A DNA stretch of 63,659 nucleotides, filler included, from Phoronis australis (Eukaryota > Animalia > Phoronida), in the NCBI GenBank assembly GCA_002633005.1. It is 4 parts of 4 records of this genome, joined end to end, with 100 filler letters (N's around TTAATTAATTAA, not from the genome) between each part and the next. Parts side by side here need not be neighbours in the genome. Positions count along the whole stretch, not along the records: positions 1 to 27,126 come from NMRA01000655.1; 3 more parts are not named here. One strand, 5' to 3'. Below the pieces are notes generated by a model. That model was not told the DNA's origin and searched no databases. It was given only the letters and a program-made list of their open reading frames with translations. Below, in pieces: positions 1 to 13,217 of the stretch (within the stretch, counting starts at the first letter, position 1; every line of letters starts with the position of its first letter). The position numbers and the translations under genes are program-made.

Positions 1-2112
1 CCCCCCCCCCCCCCCGGCGTCCTGTTGCAAGCTCTCATAGGCTCTCTCTTCTCAAGTAGCATTTTGTGCCGCTCTTTCAAATTGTCACTTGTGTGGTAAC
101 AGGTGATTTTAACTTCGGAGAGAGCTTTTCTATCCTTATGGGAATTTTTAGGCCTCGTGGCCGGGCCGGGGCATTTCGGGGAATTTTTCAATATTTTTGA
201 GAGGGGAATAATGCTTATATTCGGTCCCAAAATCGAGGAATTGAGGGCCCTGTCCTTTATGGAAAGAAAAATGCATCATCTTTCAACCCGTAGTCATGAA
301 AACACAGCCTGGCTGGCGGAAGATTGTCCGGTCGTTGCTATGATGCTCGGCAACCGAGATGCGACAAAATATGATCTAACTTTTCGAAAACATTTAAATT
401 TTACACGGACACGTTTTCCTTCGTCGCAGTGTATGGCAACGACCCAACGCTTTCAAATCTCAACGTCCTTAGGGATTGTAAAACAGTTGAGTGTCCGTAT
501 TCTTCTAGCCCGTCCGACCAACGCGGTTACAACCCTGAGTATGCCGATAAGCCAACAGAGCTATCGTAGCGAGCCTCAATAAACCGGACTGAGTGCGCGT
601 TGGCGCCGGGACGAGCGTTACAAAGACGAAACAAAAGACTCGCGTACAAGAATTAACTTTATTGGTCTCCACGGTCTTCGTTTTAAAAAAATAAAAATAA
701 CTTAATTATAGCAAACATTATTAAACCCTAAAATCGCCATTAGCCACTGTTTGTTTCCATACACATACACTTAGAGAAGATAAATGCATGAGAAAAAAAA
801 ACATAACACCAGGTACCCTACCCAAATTCACCCTTGTTCATAGTTCTTCAAGGCACACCATGTCCGTAGGCCTATGTAAGAATAGATGAATATTGAGTTT
901 ACAACTATCACTGCTGTGTTTGACACCAATGGTGTACCATTTACTTTCAACAAAAAACAAGGCACTAGTATGGTGCTCAAAAGAAGACAGAGGACATGGC
1001 CAATCTATTCAACAACTTCCAAACCAACTTCACCTTTAATGCCGTACGGTCTGCCTTCACAACGTGTTTATTCACACGAAAATTGGTGAGTCTGTATGTC
1101 AGGCAGTCTTGACTGGACTGGCAAGAAATCAGGCGAAGAAGTCAATACATGTAAATTGCACGTATCGTCCTATTTTCTTGTTTAGCGACTTGGTAGGTGG
1201 TATCCGCATGCTATTTTGTCCTGTCTTGTACACTTCCAAGACTAACTTCGTGGTACTTAGTCGCTACTGAGAATATTTTAGTTGCCAAGTATTTGTTCGC
1301 AGTTAAAATTTGACCAAGGTCTGTTTAGTCCGTTTGACGAAAAACCAGCTGCTGCTAAGCGTTTTTTATTGTTGGGTTCATTATCTTTTTGTTTCACAAC
1401 AAAGATTTCACGATATTCACGAATTTCAAAATTCTTCACCAACGAAAACCACAGTTTTGCCTTGACGCTACAAGTTATTGGAATACAGAAGTGTCTGCAC
1501 CCGCTGCCCAAGGACCATGTCCTGGGGGGTCCAACAACGAGCATACATAGGGTTGTTTGCAAGTCCTTCACTACAGGAAGGTAAAAGCGAGTGAGCTTCG
1601 AAGTGGGCTCAGAGTCCCTGAACCTCTAGATCTGCACCCGGCGGGAGTAGGGTACGACGACCGTGTATGTGATCAGTAGTTCTCGATCGATATTTCAGTA
1701 AGATGGCTACATTTTATTTTGAAAGTAAGAATATCCAAGGGCTTTTTGACACGATAGTGTACGAGATTTGTAATGCATTTCAATTTGAAACTGTATCATC
1801 CGAAGCAACTTGTCTCTTCAACGTAACCTGCTTACGTGAGTAATACCTTACAGACTTCATGCTGAAGCGTATTCGCAGTTAGTCGCGCAATGCTAAATTC
1901 ATGTGCAAGCGCTAAGTTTGACATCTTGTGGTTAGCAGAACCTGTCAGCTGACGTTCCAATTTCAAAAATCAATTGAACTCTTGTTCCGAAAGTTTGGTG
2001 GGAATTAGTAACTTATCTTTCCATTCACTGTTCCTCGGAATCTAAGTGGCGAAGCGAAGGAGTCATTCAGTTTGCCCACGACTGGCAAAATAAATGACAT
2101 TCTTGCTTTCAG

Positions 2113-2212
2113 TTTTAGTGCCAAGGCCAACGACGGTTCAGGCGATACTTATAAATGGAATCCTTGTACAGACTTCAATGAACCGTACCAATATTTGTGT
2201 TCGAACGTTGCA
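2113..2212 (+). CDS. CD-M6PR/ATG27-like type I membrane protein, internal exon (luminal MRH-like domain)
   Basis: ttctttcag acceptor and gtaagt donor; FSAKANDGSGDTYKWNPCTDF...CSNVA contains the Y-x-W/Y-NPC motif of MRH domains; phase 2-0. Confidence 0.8.
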
Positions 2213-3146
2213 GTAAGTACACACAGGTTTACTCTCATTCACAAGTTTGAGACAATAAAGCCGTTTGTGAATCACTCACCTTGAAACACCTAACCTTCAA
2301 AAACATATCTACCTGACCACAAAACGTTCATGTACGTCACGTACACAGAGGTTCTACGTGTGTGCTATCGTTCGGATGATTGAATGCTGCACTTGTAGTG
2401 GGTCGCTATTGAAACGTTCTTTTGAAGGAAACCAGGACAGAACAGAGCTGACATTGTTATAATCCGGATATGTTTGAAATCCGCTGCTGGTGAAAACCAC
2501 GAGTCATTAAAGCCAGTACGACATGAGTGGCACTGATACCTGACTGCGTATCCACGAGTACGTTTTCACAGGCAGGCTGCATTAGAACTACCAAGTAAAC
2601 CCCGGTCGTGAATTCTGTTCAGCTTCTCGTGATCCTTGAATGAATGGCCCTCTCTTTAACTTTAGTGAAGCCTATTTCAAATATTTGGCGTGGTGTTTTC
2701 GGTCAGTGACTTGCGATTGGAGGCCAGTGATTCACAATCATGGTGGGTGATTCATCTTCCTTCCTTAGTTATGCATGATACGTTGCTTGAATTGCTCAAG
2801 TTAACGCAGAAATGACTACTTATCACTAATAAATGACCGCAGACTGACCCTGTGAAAACTTTTTTTCTGTCTTTTCCGTGAAGACTAGCTCCTGCTCTTG
2901 AGCAATCTGTGAATTTGAGATTTGTAAGTTTAAGGCGAAATACGTGCCTGAGAACCGGATGAAACAATCTTTGCAATTGAACCGATGATATGACGTTAAT
3001 ATGATGTCACGTCACAGGTATAGGGCAGGGGACGCACTATACATGTACGTAATGTCGGATATTGCCGATCTAAGGATTTAATTTATTTAATATGGGACCC
3101 ATTCTTGATGAAACCTTACTGCATTTTCTGCAAATTTTCCTTGCAG

Positions 3147-3271
3147 GCTTGCCAAGTACGGTCAACGGATGCTTATAGCCTTGGGAATCAAGCTTCGGCA
3201 GAGTTTGTAAGCGATCCACAGAAAGGCCTACAAATCTCCTACACCAGCACGGATTCGTTTGGCACAAAAAG
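3147..3271 (+). CDS. CD-M6PR/ATG27-like protein exon
   Basis: ttgcag/gtac boundaries; ACQVRSTDAYSLGNQASAEF...LQISYT...KR (CQ..LG motif); phase 0-2 fits neighbours. Confidence 0.85.
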
Positions 3272-3453
3272 GTACAGCGTACAACTCCGCTTCGCACATT
3301 TTCAGTAAGATTGTCTCATGACTAACGTACGAACGACGAAGGGCCTCACGAGAGCGAAAATTATTTCATAGCGCTAGCCTCCAATCAAGCCTTCTAATAA
3401 ACATGAAAGTCTAGTGAACAACTCGAAAACGATGCCATTTGGTCATAATTTGA

Positions 3454-3601
3454 GGCCCGTTGCAAGAAACTGACTTTAGTTCATTTTTGATTTATGTCTA
3501 AGATTTGTCTCAACTTCCACCCACATCCGGCAAGTTCGTCAAAATTAAGACAAAACTTAATATAAAAACTCAAATTTAATACCTCATTCTTAAAACGGAC
3601 T
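3454..3601. mobile_element. Short palindromic MITE, PIF/Harbinger-like
   Basis: GGCCCGTTGCAAGAA ... TTCTTAAAACGGACT imperfect TIRs with TGA on both sides (3-bp TSD). Confidence 0.45.
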
Positions 3602-3660
3602 TGAGGCAAATTTAAGTTTTATCTTAAAATGAACTGAAATCTAATACTTGTCTTGGCTAC

Positions 3661-4035
3661 GTCGATAGAGATAGTAAGTATATCGATAGATTTAGTAAGT
3701 CTATCGACAGAGCTACAATGTCTATTGATAGAGACAAGTCTATCGACAGAGTAACTAGGTGTATCGATAGAGATAGTAAGTCTATTGATAGAGATAGTAT
3801 AAGTCTATCGATGGAGTTAGTAAGTCCGTCTATCAATATAGATATTTTAATATCTAAAAGTATATCTATATAGTTAGTAAGTCTGTCGATAGAGTTAGTC
3901 TATCGACAGGGTAATTATGTCTATCGATAGAATTAGTAAGTCTATAGATAGGGTTAGTAAGTCTATCGATAGAGTTAGCAAGTCTGTCGATAGAGTTACT
4001 AAGTATATCGTTAGAGTTAGTAAGTCTATCGATGG
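3661..4035. repeat. ~21-bp minisatellite (TCTATCGATAGAGTTAGTAAG)n, intronic
   Basis: About 17 imperfect tandem units visible directly. Confidence 0.9.
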
Positions 4036-4344
4036 AGATAACAACGGAGAGAAAAAGTTGCCGTGCTGCCTTTTTACTGCCACCTTACGTTTAGATGATT
4101 GCGGGCCATGGTGCTCTATCCCTATTCCATGTTTTAATAACAAATATATATAATTTGGGAAAGGATCTCGTTTCAGCGAAAAATTGAGCTGGTTACACAC
4201 GATGTTGTTTTATAACAACTATCGGTTAAAACTTACTTCAAAAAGACAGTCATGTATACGTAGTAACTGGCTGATGTCGTCCTCGAGCCCGAGGTTAAAT
4301 GAACATACTGGCGTTACATTTCTGAGCCTTACCATCTTTTCTAG

Positions 4345-4432
4345 AACCAGCTTTGTTTCCCTGAAATGTGGCACAGATGAAGTGGCCCATTTTACTGCTG
4401 ATGGCGAGCAGCCGACCGGGTCAGCGAAGTTC
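4345..4432 (+). CDS. CD-M6PR/ATG27-like protein exon
   Basis: ttttctag/gtatgt; (R)TSFVSLKCGTDEVAHFTADGEQPTGSAKF; phase 2-0. Confidence 0.85.
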
Positions 4433-5456
4433 GTATGTACTAAGTCTTGACAAAACTTTGGTGCTGCAAAGCAGTCTGACTTAATTACACCTTACGTTTG
4501 GTTACGTTCTTTTAGATTACGGTTTACTACACGGGTTCTAGGAAAGCAGAAGTTCTCTTACAAACATTCCGTAACCAATTCTTCCCCTCGCAAGCCATGG
4601 TAGCTTGGACTCATGTTCTCTTTTAAGCTAATTGCCACGTGATTTACTTTAATTTGAGATCACGATGAATTCATTTACTACTGCGTTTGTCTTTATTATG
4701 ATCTGTGCAAAGGAGTACCTATTTCCTTTTTGGTGATCTCAACACTTTCGCTGACACCCATAGTAGATGTATATGATCTATGCTTGTACCGAGGGTACCA
4801 TAGGACTAGTAGACAATAGGAGAATCCGGAGAGTTTTGGGAGATATCGCTAGATCACATGACACTTTGGCGTAAGGGTTCGTGAGTAGACCTCAGCTGAT
4901 GGTAGCAACGCAAGACGTTCGTGAATGAGAGGTAGTGTGATCACGAGCTTCCCTTAGCAACACTTAGGGAAGAATTGAGTGATCTCACGTTTCTCGCAAA
5001 AAAATTATTCATTGGAATACTGCTAAGTCGACCTTACTACCATACAGTAGCAAAATTGCGGTCACTGATAGAATTGCATGCCCCTGCCTTCATCGTCTAG
5101 ACCTAATGTTATTTTTATACTTGCTAAGCAACCCGTTATATCTTAAATTCAAACAGGATGGGCTAAGTTGAAAACCACTTGAGGCGATGTCCGCATTTTA
5201 TCTTAGGTTCAACATTTACAAGTATGCACCCGAATAATACTCCAAGCGTAAAGAACAGGAAGGGAAACAGTCTCTTGGTGTTTCAACTATTATTAAAATC
5301 TCTTGGTCTATTTACATCGCCTCTTGTCTATTTACACTGTCACGACGTTTCGGTCGGTCTATTCTCCGGTTTTAGAAAGTCGGTCTCATGGTGTTTCAAC
5401 TTGTATATTAAATTGTTTGTAATAGTTCACGTAGCTTTGGCCACCGCTTATTTCAG

Positions 5457-5533
5457 TATATGACCATACAAAGTCCGCATTGTTGTGCGCCGGAATTCGG
5501 GGGACTCAGTCCTGGCTCAGTTCTTCTCATAAT
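5457..5533 (+). CDS. CD-M6PR/ATG27-like protein exon (end of luminal domain, start of TM helix)
   Basis: tttcag/gtgagt; YMTIQSPHCCAPEFGGLSPGSVLLII resembles the family LSxGSVLL juxtamembrane motif; phase 0-2; absent from the ORF track. Confidence 0.85.
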
Positions 5534-5669
5534 GTGAGTACTGTAGCACTTTAAGAATATCTTTGTAGCTTAATTTGCGATTTGAATAACCGATAAGAAC
5601 AAATATTAGGTGCCATAGAATATCATCTGATGTTTAGATACACAGCTGTGTTCAAGTTACATGTAAATA

Positions 5670-6025
5670 TGAAGCGCCAAAGGGTTCTTAAAGAGCATCT
5701 TTCTGCACGTAGTTGCTTAATTTACGAGTACTCCTAGTTCTTAAATGATCTTCGTTCTGTTCTTGATCAACGCGTACTTCAGTACCACGGTCACGGGCAA
5801 TACTTGGTTTAGTTGCCCAAATCGGCAACTGTATATTTTGGTTAAGTAAAACTGCACGTGGATTAAGCAAAGTACGCGTTGAATAACAGCAGTACGATGG
5901 TCGTTTAAGAACTAAAAGTGCCCGTTGATTGAGCAAAAGTACGCGTAGATTAAGAAAAAGTACGTGTACATTAAGTACATTTCTACATGCAGAAAGGTAC
6001 TCGTTTAAGAATCCCTGACTCTTCA
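5670..6025. mobile_element. Non-autonomous TIR element with internal ~21-bp repeats, TA TSD
   Basis: TA|TGAAGCGCCAAAGGGTTCTTAAA ... TTTAAGAATCCCTGACTCTTCA|TA; second family member at 15840-19157. Confidence 0.7.
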
Positions 6026-7137
6026 TAATTGATAGATACACACAGGGGATTTCCTCACCTATGTCGTTTCCCATCTATTGTGGATGGCAATCCTCGGAAC
6101 CGGCAAAGGACCGATACGACATTTTGGTGGAAAGTCTCCATGGTGATGAAGTTCTGCTTGTCTGTGACAAACCATTTTCTTTACCCTTTTCGAAGCTTCT
6201 AAACATTAATTTATTTCACTAGCCTCCGATTACAGTACTGTTATTATACTGGCCATGCACCAATGTCTGCCTAACTCGATAAACCTGGATTAAGTTTTAA
6301 TAGAGAAAGCTTTACGATCTTTGAAAAAACGGTGAAGTTCAACATTTGTGTCTGTGAACCAAAAATTGTTTATTTATTTGCTACTCATAAATGCTGGTTT
6401 CAATTTCCAAGAAGTCAGTTTTTACGAGAAGGTGTTAACGGCCAGAAGATAGGCACACGGGGCAAGCTGACACCTTTCTTCTGTTCAGCCTGTCTCTCAA
6501 TGCAAAATTCGATTAGTCATGCCAATGTAAAACTCATGACAGTCGTTGCAGTTCACCTGATACACCGTATTACCACTTCCCACGGTGTTTAATTTGGACT
6601 AACTGGACAAAAAATTTAGTCTATTACATGTACTAAAATCTGCAACAAGGTTAACTGACGGGGCTATAACTGCTAACAGTCTGTGTATACATGTATGTCG
6701 GTTTTAAGTGACAGATGATGATCCAGTAAATGACAGCTCAATAAAAACTTTCTCTTGTTCAGGACACAGGTCATTCTTGATCTTAACAATACATGTGTAA
6801 AATTTTTAATCCGTGAAGCTATTCACATGCAGGCACTCCATAACTCCATAGTAATGTTGGAGCATACAGGTAATGGTAGTGCTATAGATTTTAGTTGACA
6901 GATTTTGTACCATGCGGTGTGTTATGATGACTCTGTTACGATATATTACTTTTTGTCTACTATTCTACCTGAAGAGGGTATTTAAAAATATCGAAACATA
7001 GTTCTCATGTTGCACTTTAGCGTCTTTTTGTCTTCCACTTCTTTCTTCTAATTTGACCAAAACTAATATTGTCGATAGCTGAACATTGATGACGTGATTA
7101 GTCAAATTTATTGCAACTATATCGATCTTTGTTTCAG

Positions 7138-7264
7138 CTTTTTTTCTCTGCTTTTCGTTTATTTGGTTGGTGGAATCTTATTCATGAAGTTTGTTCGCGG
7201 CGCTCAAGGTCAGGAGGTTGTGCCTAACGTTTCATTCTGGAAAGATTGTCCCTCACTCATAAAG
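7138..7264 (+). CDS. CD-M6PR/ATG27-like protein exon (TM helix and cytoplasmic tail start)
   Basis: tttcag/gtaaaa; FFSLLFVYLVGGILFMKFVRGAQGQEVVPNVSFWKDCPSLIK matches the M6PR/ATG27 YxxGG...GAxGxExxPxxxFW signature. Confidence 0.9.
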
Positions 7265-8863
7265 GTAAAAGTGAGGCACATACGCGTCTAATATTGGCGG
7301 TCATCATCCACACATGCGCGCTGTATATTTTCATATCGCATCTAAAAACGCGAAGCGGTCAAGTGGCCGTGCTAACACAATAGTAGAGTTAGAACTCGCG
7401 ACTCTTGCCAGCTATACAAACGAAATTGACTGCTTACAAGATCGCCCAGTTCCTAAGTCACACTTTTCAGTAAAACTCATACACGGATATGTTAATACCG
7501 AATTTCATGGTTTACGCGCCCTTCAATGGTACAACAAGAAAACTGGTATGATTTTCACGAATGCATACACTGGGACATCACACGCGTGACCTTTTATCAC
7601 TTTTGCATACATGATGGTATGAACGTATGTTTACATTATCTGGGATAAGCTCTACAGAAGCTCACTGAGACAGAGCAGAACTGGATGTATGCTACACGAC
7701 ATTTCTTTCGTACAGTTGCCTAAACACAAATATCGTAAAACATCTCTAATTTCCAATTGTTACGATAGCAAGTGGGGAATTGGAAAATCGAGTGCATTTA
7801 AACCGTTCAATTTTGATAGAGTTGTGGAAACCTTTCTAAACCGGTTACATTTTGACACTCTGTAGTACATTTCGTTGTGCACGAGCTGCTTTGGGTGGCA
7901 AGCGTTTAGCTTAGTTTCATATGCAGGTTTGACACGTGTTTTATATTGTTGAATAATCAAGGTCAGAGGCCTAACCTCTGTACTCGAAAATCATGGAACG
8001 TTTTGCGTAGACCTGTACTCAACTACTGCGGCGTGATTGATTAAATTTCGAGTCTGTGTCTGAGTTCAGAGACAAGACCCTGTATGCTGATCTTCCGATT
8101 ATGAGTGAGAAGAAATTGTCCGTTTAAATAACTGCATCGATTATATAAATGTTTAGATACAGTATTAGTAGACTTAACGAAACTAGCAAGTAAACACGAT
8201 ACGCAAAGAACATTCCAGAGTAAAAATTTGACTTAGAAAGCTAAACATTTGAAGTATTTGCATGAAGCTTTGATAGCCCGAAATTTAAAATCTGCTTGTA
8301 CATTTCAGAAAGGTGTGTTGTTCTCAACGCGCCAGACCCATCGTCCCGGTTACGAAGCACTATAGCATAAATGTGCCTTGCCAAGACATAGACTCTACGT
8401 TGTATTTTGCCGCGTTCAAACATTTGCATAAATCAAATGACCTATATAATTACGTGTTTGAATGGATCACTTTCATTTTCCAACTGCTTGTCATTATAAA
8501 TAAGCATTGGAGAAAATGGTTATTGAAGACGCCAATCGTATCGTTACTTGAGCGATTCACCGTATACAAACCAATGCTTTTGTGCATCACATAGTTATTT
8601 GACACTGTGTTAACAGCTCCAAAATGTCTGCTTCATAGACACAACCGAGAACATCGTCTCTTTCAGTTACACGTTTAACAAAATAAATCTTTTATAACGA
8701 AGCCACGTCATGCGGGTAAAAAACGAAGGTGCTGAAGTACCCATGTAGTTGCTTCCTGTAAGCCATTGTGATATTCGTGTATTTTTATGTTAACCATATC
8801 TTGTAATAAAAATATAAAGCTCACTTGTTCTTCGGTCTTCAAGCAAGTACTACACATAATGGG

Positions 8864-8912
8864 TGACGTCACTGATATTTTACGGCAGATACTGAAAAGC
8901 AACTCCACCAAT
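8864..8912 (+). promoter_or_regulatory. Candidate KLHL10 promoter motifs: full CRE (TGACGTCA) and CCAAT box
   Basis: TGACGTCA at 8864-8871 and CCAAT at 8908-8912, 80-130 bp upstream of the ATG; TSS unknown. Confidence 0.35.
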
Positions 8913-8993
8913 CGCGGAGCATTGTTTTGGTCTACTACCCGGGAATGACGACAAAGTATTATTCTGGTACCTAGTATCGGAGCCAGTAACTAT

Positions 8994-9815
8994 ATGGATA
9001 ATGTTGCTGATCAATGCGAAACCTCGGCTGAGTCTGGGAAACTCCTGACAGCTACAAAACCCCAATGGGAAATCGAGAAAAAGATAAGTTACCAAGCGTG
9101 CCTGGTTTTAGACGAGCTGAGGCAAAATGGCCAGTTGTGCGATGCAGTGCTGAAAGTGGATGGCGCCGAATTTCCCGTTCATCGCGCCATCATGAGTGCC
9201 TGTAGTCCGTACTTTCGCGCCTTATTCACAAACGGGATGTATGAGACAGCACAGAGTGAGGTATATATTCCAGGAGTTTCGGCGAATATGATGAAGGCCA
9301 TCATTGAATACGCTTACACGAGAGCCGTCACAATCACTTCAGAGAACGTCGAGGAACTTCTCCCAACTGCTGACCAGTTTCATGTGCTCGGTCTTATTAA
9401 AGAATGCTGCGACTTTCTGGGAACGCACCTCACTCCAGAAAACTGCATCGGAATTCGAAATTTTGCGCGCCAATATTTTTGTAAAAACTTAGTAGAAAAG
9501 GCTCATCTATTTGTTCTGCATCGCTTTCATGAGGTATCAGAAAAGAGCAACGAAATGTTGCAACTGTCTATCAGCGAAATATGTGAAGTAATGGGTTCAG
9601 ATGATTTAAATGTTAAAAATGAGGAAATCGTATTTGAAGCCATTGTGCGTTGGATTGAGCATGATCCCGGACCGAGGAGGCAACATGTTCTGAAACTGAT
9701 GAAGACAATTCGTCTAGGTCTTCTCAGTACGTCTTACTTCGTGGAGAAGGTGAAAGCACATCCTTTTATTAAGGATAACGAGGATTGTCGAAATCTCGTC
9801 ATTGAGACCCTAAAG
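8994..9815 (+). CDS. KLHL10: Kelch-like protein 10, exon 1 (BTB + BACK domains)
   Basis: LDELRQNGQLCDAVLKV...FPVHRAIMSACSPYFRALFT (BTB); ENCIGI, DDLNVKNEEIVFEAIVRWIEHD (BACK); donor AAG|gtgcg at 9815. Confidence 0.92.
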
Positions 9816-10050
9816 GTGCGTAACATTTTGCAGAAATCAGTTATCACAAATCTATTTGAAAATAAACTAAAAAAGAAATCTTCATTAATTTACCCTCAGC
9901 AGTAGTTATTTCTTTCGGCAAATATGATGTCAATCACTGTGTATAGTCAAAATTTCATTTACAATATCGTAATCCATTGTTAGGTATGACGACTAAGCGC
10001 CAAATTTCAGATAACTTAACACAATTAAACATTAAAAACTTTAATTACAG

Positions 10051-10237
10051 TTTTTATACGATCTTGACTTGAGTGAGGACAGAGAAGTGGATCTCTCGAA
10101 CCCTCTCGCGCGACCGCGTGTTCCACATGAGATTCTGTTCGCTGTTGGTGGCTGGAGCGGTGGAAGTCCAACCAATGTCGTGGAAACCTACGACACCAGA
10201 GCTGACCGCTGGATTGTTTGCCCTGCAGTTGATACGG
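10051..10237 (+). CDS. KLHL10: KLHL10 exon 2 (linker and first kelch repeat)
   Basis: ttacag/gtaac; NPLARPRVPHEILFAVGGWSGGSPTNVVETYDTRADRW is the characteristic KLHL10 segment; phase 0-1. Confidence 0.92.
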
Positions 10238-11746
10238 GTAACAGCAGTAAAACAATCGACCCGTAGTTCAGAAATACGCAAACTTGTCTCGCGTCCAGCC
10301 TCTGTCAGCATTACAGTCTGGTAAAGTAATCGAAAGCGAATTCAATAGGGTAGATTTTTTACCATACTAAGATCTGATTTGTAAATACATTTTGTCATTT
10401 CATATTGTCTGTGATTTCTGTCATTTTAATTATTTTCTGGGTCAAATACGTTTGACAATTGCAACGCAATAACTTAGCGTTGTTGCTTTTATGAGATACG
10501 ACGGTAGAAGCACGGAGTTCTGCTTCAGTGACATTGTGAGCACGCGATCACAACCCATTTGCATAATCTAGATGACGATTCAAACTACGCCAGTTGGGAC
10601 TGTAAGAGCATGCTTTTTGGGTTGAACTGCTGACCTCACCCTTTATTGACCAGTAATTAACCAGAAATCAAAATTGTTCACCAGACTTTTAATGCTAACG
10701 GAGACTGGAAGCGAGACAAAGCGAAAAACTCGCGGTTTCAGGAGTGCAAGTTTCGTGCGAGAAATTAGGATTGAGGTGAATAGGTCGTGTGTAAAATGAG
10801 CACTTCGAAATGTCACCGAATTTCAAGGTGCGATTTGTATTAAAAAGTAGATTCTTGGTCTCTCCCAATATAATAATATTTAGCTAAAGGTGGCGCTGCA
10901 TGTTGCATTTTAAAGTGGCGCAGAATGTAAGAAACAGACAGAATGATTCCATATTACTGAAATAGAAGTCAAAATGAGGCACCATGTCTTTTTATGATTT
11001 GTTTGTAAAGATTGGTGTCAAAGTATTTTCCTTTTAGTTTCAAATTTAAGAAAAACATCTGTCAACAGCTAGTCACTTCGTCGATTTTTCGCCCACTCAG
11101 CAAATCACGTCTCCTTATTTGGTATGGCAAGACATACATGTATCACATTTCCCTTATATGGAAAATTACTTTTGACCTTTGATAAAAACAAAACAACGGA
11201 ATTTTTAAGCAGCAGCCATTCGAACTTCTTTGAGCACATGTGCGCATTTGTACATGTTGTTCGGGGTGGACAATTTGTAAGTTGGATGGGGATGAAAGAG
11301 TTTTCATTTCGTCTTTGTTTCAAAAATAATGAATTGACGATTTTTTAAAGAAAAATCTTGCAATACGTAAAATCAATAAATCTCACGTTAGCACTCCAAA
11401 GAAGTAGATTCGACACAATCTGTTCAAGAGCTATTAAGTAACACAAATGTGTGTGTTCTATGATTTGGTGCAACTATGAAAATACCATTTGCAGTATCAC
11501 TTATGTACATCTAATTTCAAGATTTGCAGAATCTGCACATTTCATAGACTGTTCAAGTTTAAATATGAAGACTTCATTTTACAAAAACGGTGGTTTATGA
11601 TATCAAAAAACACCAAAACAAAATTGCCTCACAAAATTGGTGACATAAGTGATTAGATAAGCCTGCTGTAGCCCACGGTCTATTATTTTGCAAATGGTAT
11701 CCATTAGATGTTTACTGTACTCAATCGTCTTCGTCTTGGCTTCCAG

Positions 11747-11812
11747 GTCCACGAGCTTATCACGGGACTGCTGCAGTCGATCAACTGATCTATGTTATTG
11801 GTGGCTTTGACG
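11747..11812 (+). CDS. KLHL10: KLHL10 exon 3 (kelch repeat)
   Basis: ttccag/gtatgt; GPRAYHGTAAVDQLIYVIGGFD; phase 1-1; absent from the ORF track. Confidence 0.9.
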
Positions 11813-13217
11813 GTATGTATAATCGCTATTGGTAAAATTCTCTATATTTGCATTCGTCTGCGTTCACTAGTGCACCACAGCTCCTACTAGAACATAACAA
11901 AAAACTAATAAACATCAGGATGAACAGATCGAGAGCTATGAGCCGAACTGCATGCCTCATGTGAACGCTAGCTGGCCTAATAGCCTACATCAAGATTTCA
12001 ACTCATTGGAGACTTGTTCATTCAATCTATGTTGCATTTTTAAATTCTGAGCTCCCAGCTCTGCTATCCTCACTTGAGGCAGAAGGCTTTCTGTCTGCAC
12101 ACCATAAACATGCCTGCTGTCCACCAGAGTGCGTCACTGTGTTGACTCAGAGAGCAGTTCATTAATCAACAACTGTAATGTACACATACACTCTAGACGG
12201 TTTCAACGGACAGTTTAAATAGATGCCCGTTCTGTGAAAGCGACACACTCGTGAAGACGTTTGATCAAACAAATCTTCGCCAGACATTGCACGCATTACA
12301 ATCGAAGCAAATAATCGAAATAGCTTTACTCGCGAGATTTTTTCGCCTGGAACGGCCCAAGTCCGAGTTTCCACTGGTCAGTGGGGTAACTGTTAGTGTT
12401 TGACCGGCAAATGAATGCACTATTCTCCACAAAACATAATCCCACTCGTCCAAATGCCAAGTCCTGGACAAAACACAACTGAATCAAAGTGGTTTCATTA
12501 CCGCGCATAACTTGGGGAGCTGTGACCACAATGACTTCGACATAGACAACCGGAACATTTACTATTCGCGCAGCACGGTACGAGTGCATTTCGAAATTTC
12601 ACGGGACGTGATTGGTCAGTTTTTGAGTTGGGTCTATGCTAAAGTTTGATGGTGACGGAATGTGGACTCGTTAAAGATAACGAAATGACAAATCCGTGCT
12701 GTATATTCACTGGCTTCGAATGAACACCCGGTGGCGGTCAAGATGCTTCTAGTAAAGAAGCAATTTAAGGTGCATTTGACTTGCTTAGGTAAAATATTGT
12801 GACTCCGAAATTTCGCGGGAACCTCAAGTCATCATCCGACTCATTACACAAAGTTATCTAATGATGCATCTCAAGTCACGTCAATTACTCTGGTAGCAGA
12901 TTTATGTTATCATTTGTAGATTAAAATTTCTTATCTACAATGACCATGTAGTCAGGTTATTTATACTGAGGTTGATGATAAAATCGAATATCTTCAAAAT
13001 ATAGATCCCCAACTTGTCAAGTTAAAGCAACGACTAATGACCGGAAGTGACAAAATTTGACACTGTTTAGAGTACAGAATACTTCAGTTATACATTACAT
13101 ATGGTATTGAACGGTAAGCATACACCAATCCCATCTGCAGAACTGTTCAATATGTAACCCACAATACACGTTTAAAGAAAACACCGCTTGACTGAAAGCA
13201 CTCATAAAACGAATTAA

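Noticed and set aside
103-582. 159-aa ORF
   Set aside because: Non-ATG start, no recognisable domain, repeat-like context
3895-4200. SIDRVSK / LTLSIDL repeat ORFs
   Set aside because: Translations of the 21-bp minisatellite
5335-5385. GACGTTTCGG suggesting a Penelope-type hammerhead on the minus strand
   Set aside because: No CTGANGA core at the required position
9816-9905. C-terminal tail of the 303-aa KLHL10 ORF
   Set aside because: Read-through into intron 1; homology continues at exon 10051
13068-13113. Possible KLHL10 exon 4 (GTEYFS...), and EEYFE at ~14484
   Set aside because: No AG acceptor in the required phase for the first; the second lies inside a transposon; neither continues as a kelch repeat
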